Source: Chiloscyllium plagiosum (lineage: Eukaryota). Taken from it: DNA of 64,000 nucleotides. Within the stretch, counting starts at the first letter, position 1; the number at the start of each line of letters is the position of its first letter. The notes below the pieces were generated by a model. It had not been told where the DNA came from. It saw only the letters and a program-made list of their open reading frames with translations, and did not search any database. A program made the translations under genes and the position numbers. The stretch is from NCBI RefSeq assembly GCF_004010195.1, contig NC_057750.1, positions 19,688,117-19,752,116 of the forward strand. Reading direction: 5' to 3'. Shown in pieces: positions 61,982-64,000 of the stretch.

Positions 61982-62915
61982 TTAACATTCTAACAGTGGT
62001 GATCCTTTCACGAGACAACTGTGGTCTCTCCAGGTGTGTCACTTCCTACCTAGTGGCCATGGCAGCAGCTGATCTCCTAGTGGCCATATTTGATCTAATC
62101 TTGAAGCAGATTCCAATTACATATTGGAGACATTTTACCTTTATTGGAATGTCCCCATTTGTAACATCCATGCTGTCTTGTTTTTTGCCAGCACAGATTG
62201 TTCTGTTTAGCTCACTATCAGTTTCACCTTTGATAGATTTGTGGCAATTTGTTGTCAGAAGCAGAAAATCAAGTATTGCACACAAATAACTGCAATTGTT
62301 ATTATTGGAATAGCAACCACATCCAGCTGCTTAAAAAATATTTTCTGGTATGCTTTGTTTCGAAATACCACATGTTTCTGATATTCAAGATGGTGGGCTC
62401 TGTACTCAAAGCAATGGATTGTTGTCGAACTGCTTCATTATATTCTGAACCCTTGTGTACCATTTGCCATGGTACTGCTGCTTAATACCTTGATTATTAG
62501 ATGTATTTTATTGGCCAGCAGAGAACGCAGAAGCATCCGGAGTGACAGCAGTGGAGGAAGTTCCAGAGATCCAGAGTTGGAGAACAGAAGAAAATCCATC
62601 ATTTTATTGTTTGCTATCTCTGGGAATTTCATCCTGTTATGGGCAATATTTATGTTATATTATATGTGGCGTCGTATGTTACATTTGGTATATTGGTACA
62701 TATATCTACCGCCTTTTGTATGAGAGCTTGGATTGATGCTTCAGCTCCTGAGTTGTTGCACAAATACTTGTATATATGCAGTGACCCAGAATAAACTCAG
62801 AACACAGATAACAAATGCATTATTGTATCCTTTTGCTGTAATGTTCAAATTCATTAAATTTACACAGTGTAGGGATTTTCTTTCCCGCAAGTGTACAGGT
62901 TATTTTTTGGTCTGA
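61982..62915 (+). pseudogene. GPR139-like GPCR pseudogene B, exon 2
   Basis: ggcAG acceptor; CGLSRCVTSYLVAMAAADLL, FTFDRFVAICC; frameshift ~62144, TAG 62208-62210, deletion ~62370, TGA 62721-62723. Confidence 0.88.
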
Positions 62916-64000
62916 TCTGCGGATGTTTGATGCATTTGGGCGAGTTGTGGCACTGTTGTTTATATGCTATGTTACTAAATTGGGCTGTTACAGGTTCCCA
63001 TTCCATTCCTGGCCAGTCATAAGAATTTCTTATCTTATAACAAGGCATATCTCAAATGCAAGAATACAGAAATCTTGCATTTTCTTTCTCAGATAGAGGT
63101 TACATATTCTAAAACACTGTTTCGAGGCAAATGCTTCAAATATGTTCCACTGGTTGTCACCCACTGTGACAACACTTTGGCAGTGCAAAGTGCCATATAA
63201 ACCTTTACCTCTTATGGCCTGTGGAATATGGTTTCTGCGCACTGTATCACTATCTCTTCAACGAAAACAAAAATGTGGAGATTGTATGACTTGTAATTTA
63301 GGAGTCTGAATTTATAATAAGAATTAATCTGTAATAATGTGAGTTCTGTAATAATGAAACTGCCATTAGCCTCAGTGTGACGTTTGTGATGAGTGGGCCA
63401 GTGTGAATATTTTCTGGGCTCAGTCACAAAGTTGTCACCTTGATGTTTTATTTACATTTTGCCAGTGACTGGGCGTTTCTTCCACAGCACGACTCGCAGA
63501 ATATGTGCACTTTGCCAGCATCGACTATTCCTGGAAAGTGGGTTAATGCGCAAGATGCAGACAAAGAATTGGCAGTTAAAAGGGATAAATGGCCAAGTCA
63601 TCTAGAGTGAAAGCCTACATTGGATCACTTAACACTCAAGTGCTAATTGCATGAGACTCCTTTGTGAAAATATGAGTCGGCTCCTGGTGTTCAGTTGCAC
63701 TGAGTACAGTGGCACCAAGATAATGCACATGTACTGACAAATTTGCACTGCAAGGTCTCCTTCAGGAATGACTTTAGCTCTACCCAATCATCTTGAGCTC
63801 TCCTCTTTTTTCCTAGTCTGATCGTGAGGCAAACGATAGCTCTATCTCTCACAGCAAGCATTCTTGCACAGTACATCCCAACAAGAGGTAACGCAATAGA
63901 TCTTCAGAGTTGTAGATGGGGAAAAGTGTTGCAACACAAACATCAGTTCCAGTACCACTGCTGCCCACAACTTACACTGATCATTCCTGCATCAGCAAAG

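Larger units (their letters stand above)
57550..64000 (+). repeat. Segmental duplication copy B (runs off window end)
   Basis: Colinear with 40431-51720 but lacks the three Penelope insertions, the SINE and flanking sequence ~42920-43040/45790-46360. Confidence 0.9.

Noticed and set aside
1-64000. CRISPR arrays or prokaryotic operons
   Set aside because: Eukaryotic intron-exon DNA; no regularly spaced repeats seen.

Overview
Repeat-rich vertebrate genomic DNA, very likely a shark (HE1-type tRNA SINEs, abundant CR1 LINEs and Penelope-like elements, expanded GPR139-like receptors). Three host-gene components: (1) the last four coding exons of a complement C1s-like gene (+; CCP1b, CCP2a, CCP2b, intronless protease exon) whose catalytic Ser is replaced by Ala (GDAGGP) while the rest of the protease looks intact; (2) two TCR-beta-type (TRBV30-like) V segments (+), one complete with a 23-bp-spacer RSS but several defects and an IgNAR-like leader/FR1, the other frameshifted and fused to a decayed Gmr1-type (PR-INT-RT-RH) LTR retrotransposon; (3) a tandem segmental duplication carrying two GPR139-like two-exon GPCR pseudogenes with different lesions. 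Many Penelope-like insertions show inverted arms, long TSDs and hammerhead ribozyme cores, including very small (~130-310 bp) derivatives. Two assembly gaps. All calls were made by eye from sequence; family names are not database-confirmed and repeat boundaries without a TSD are approximate.
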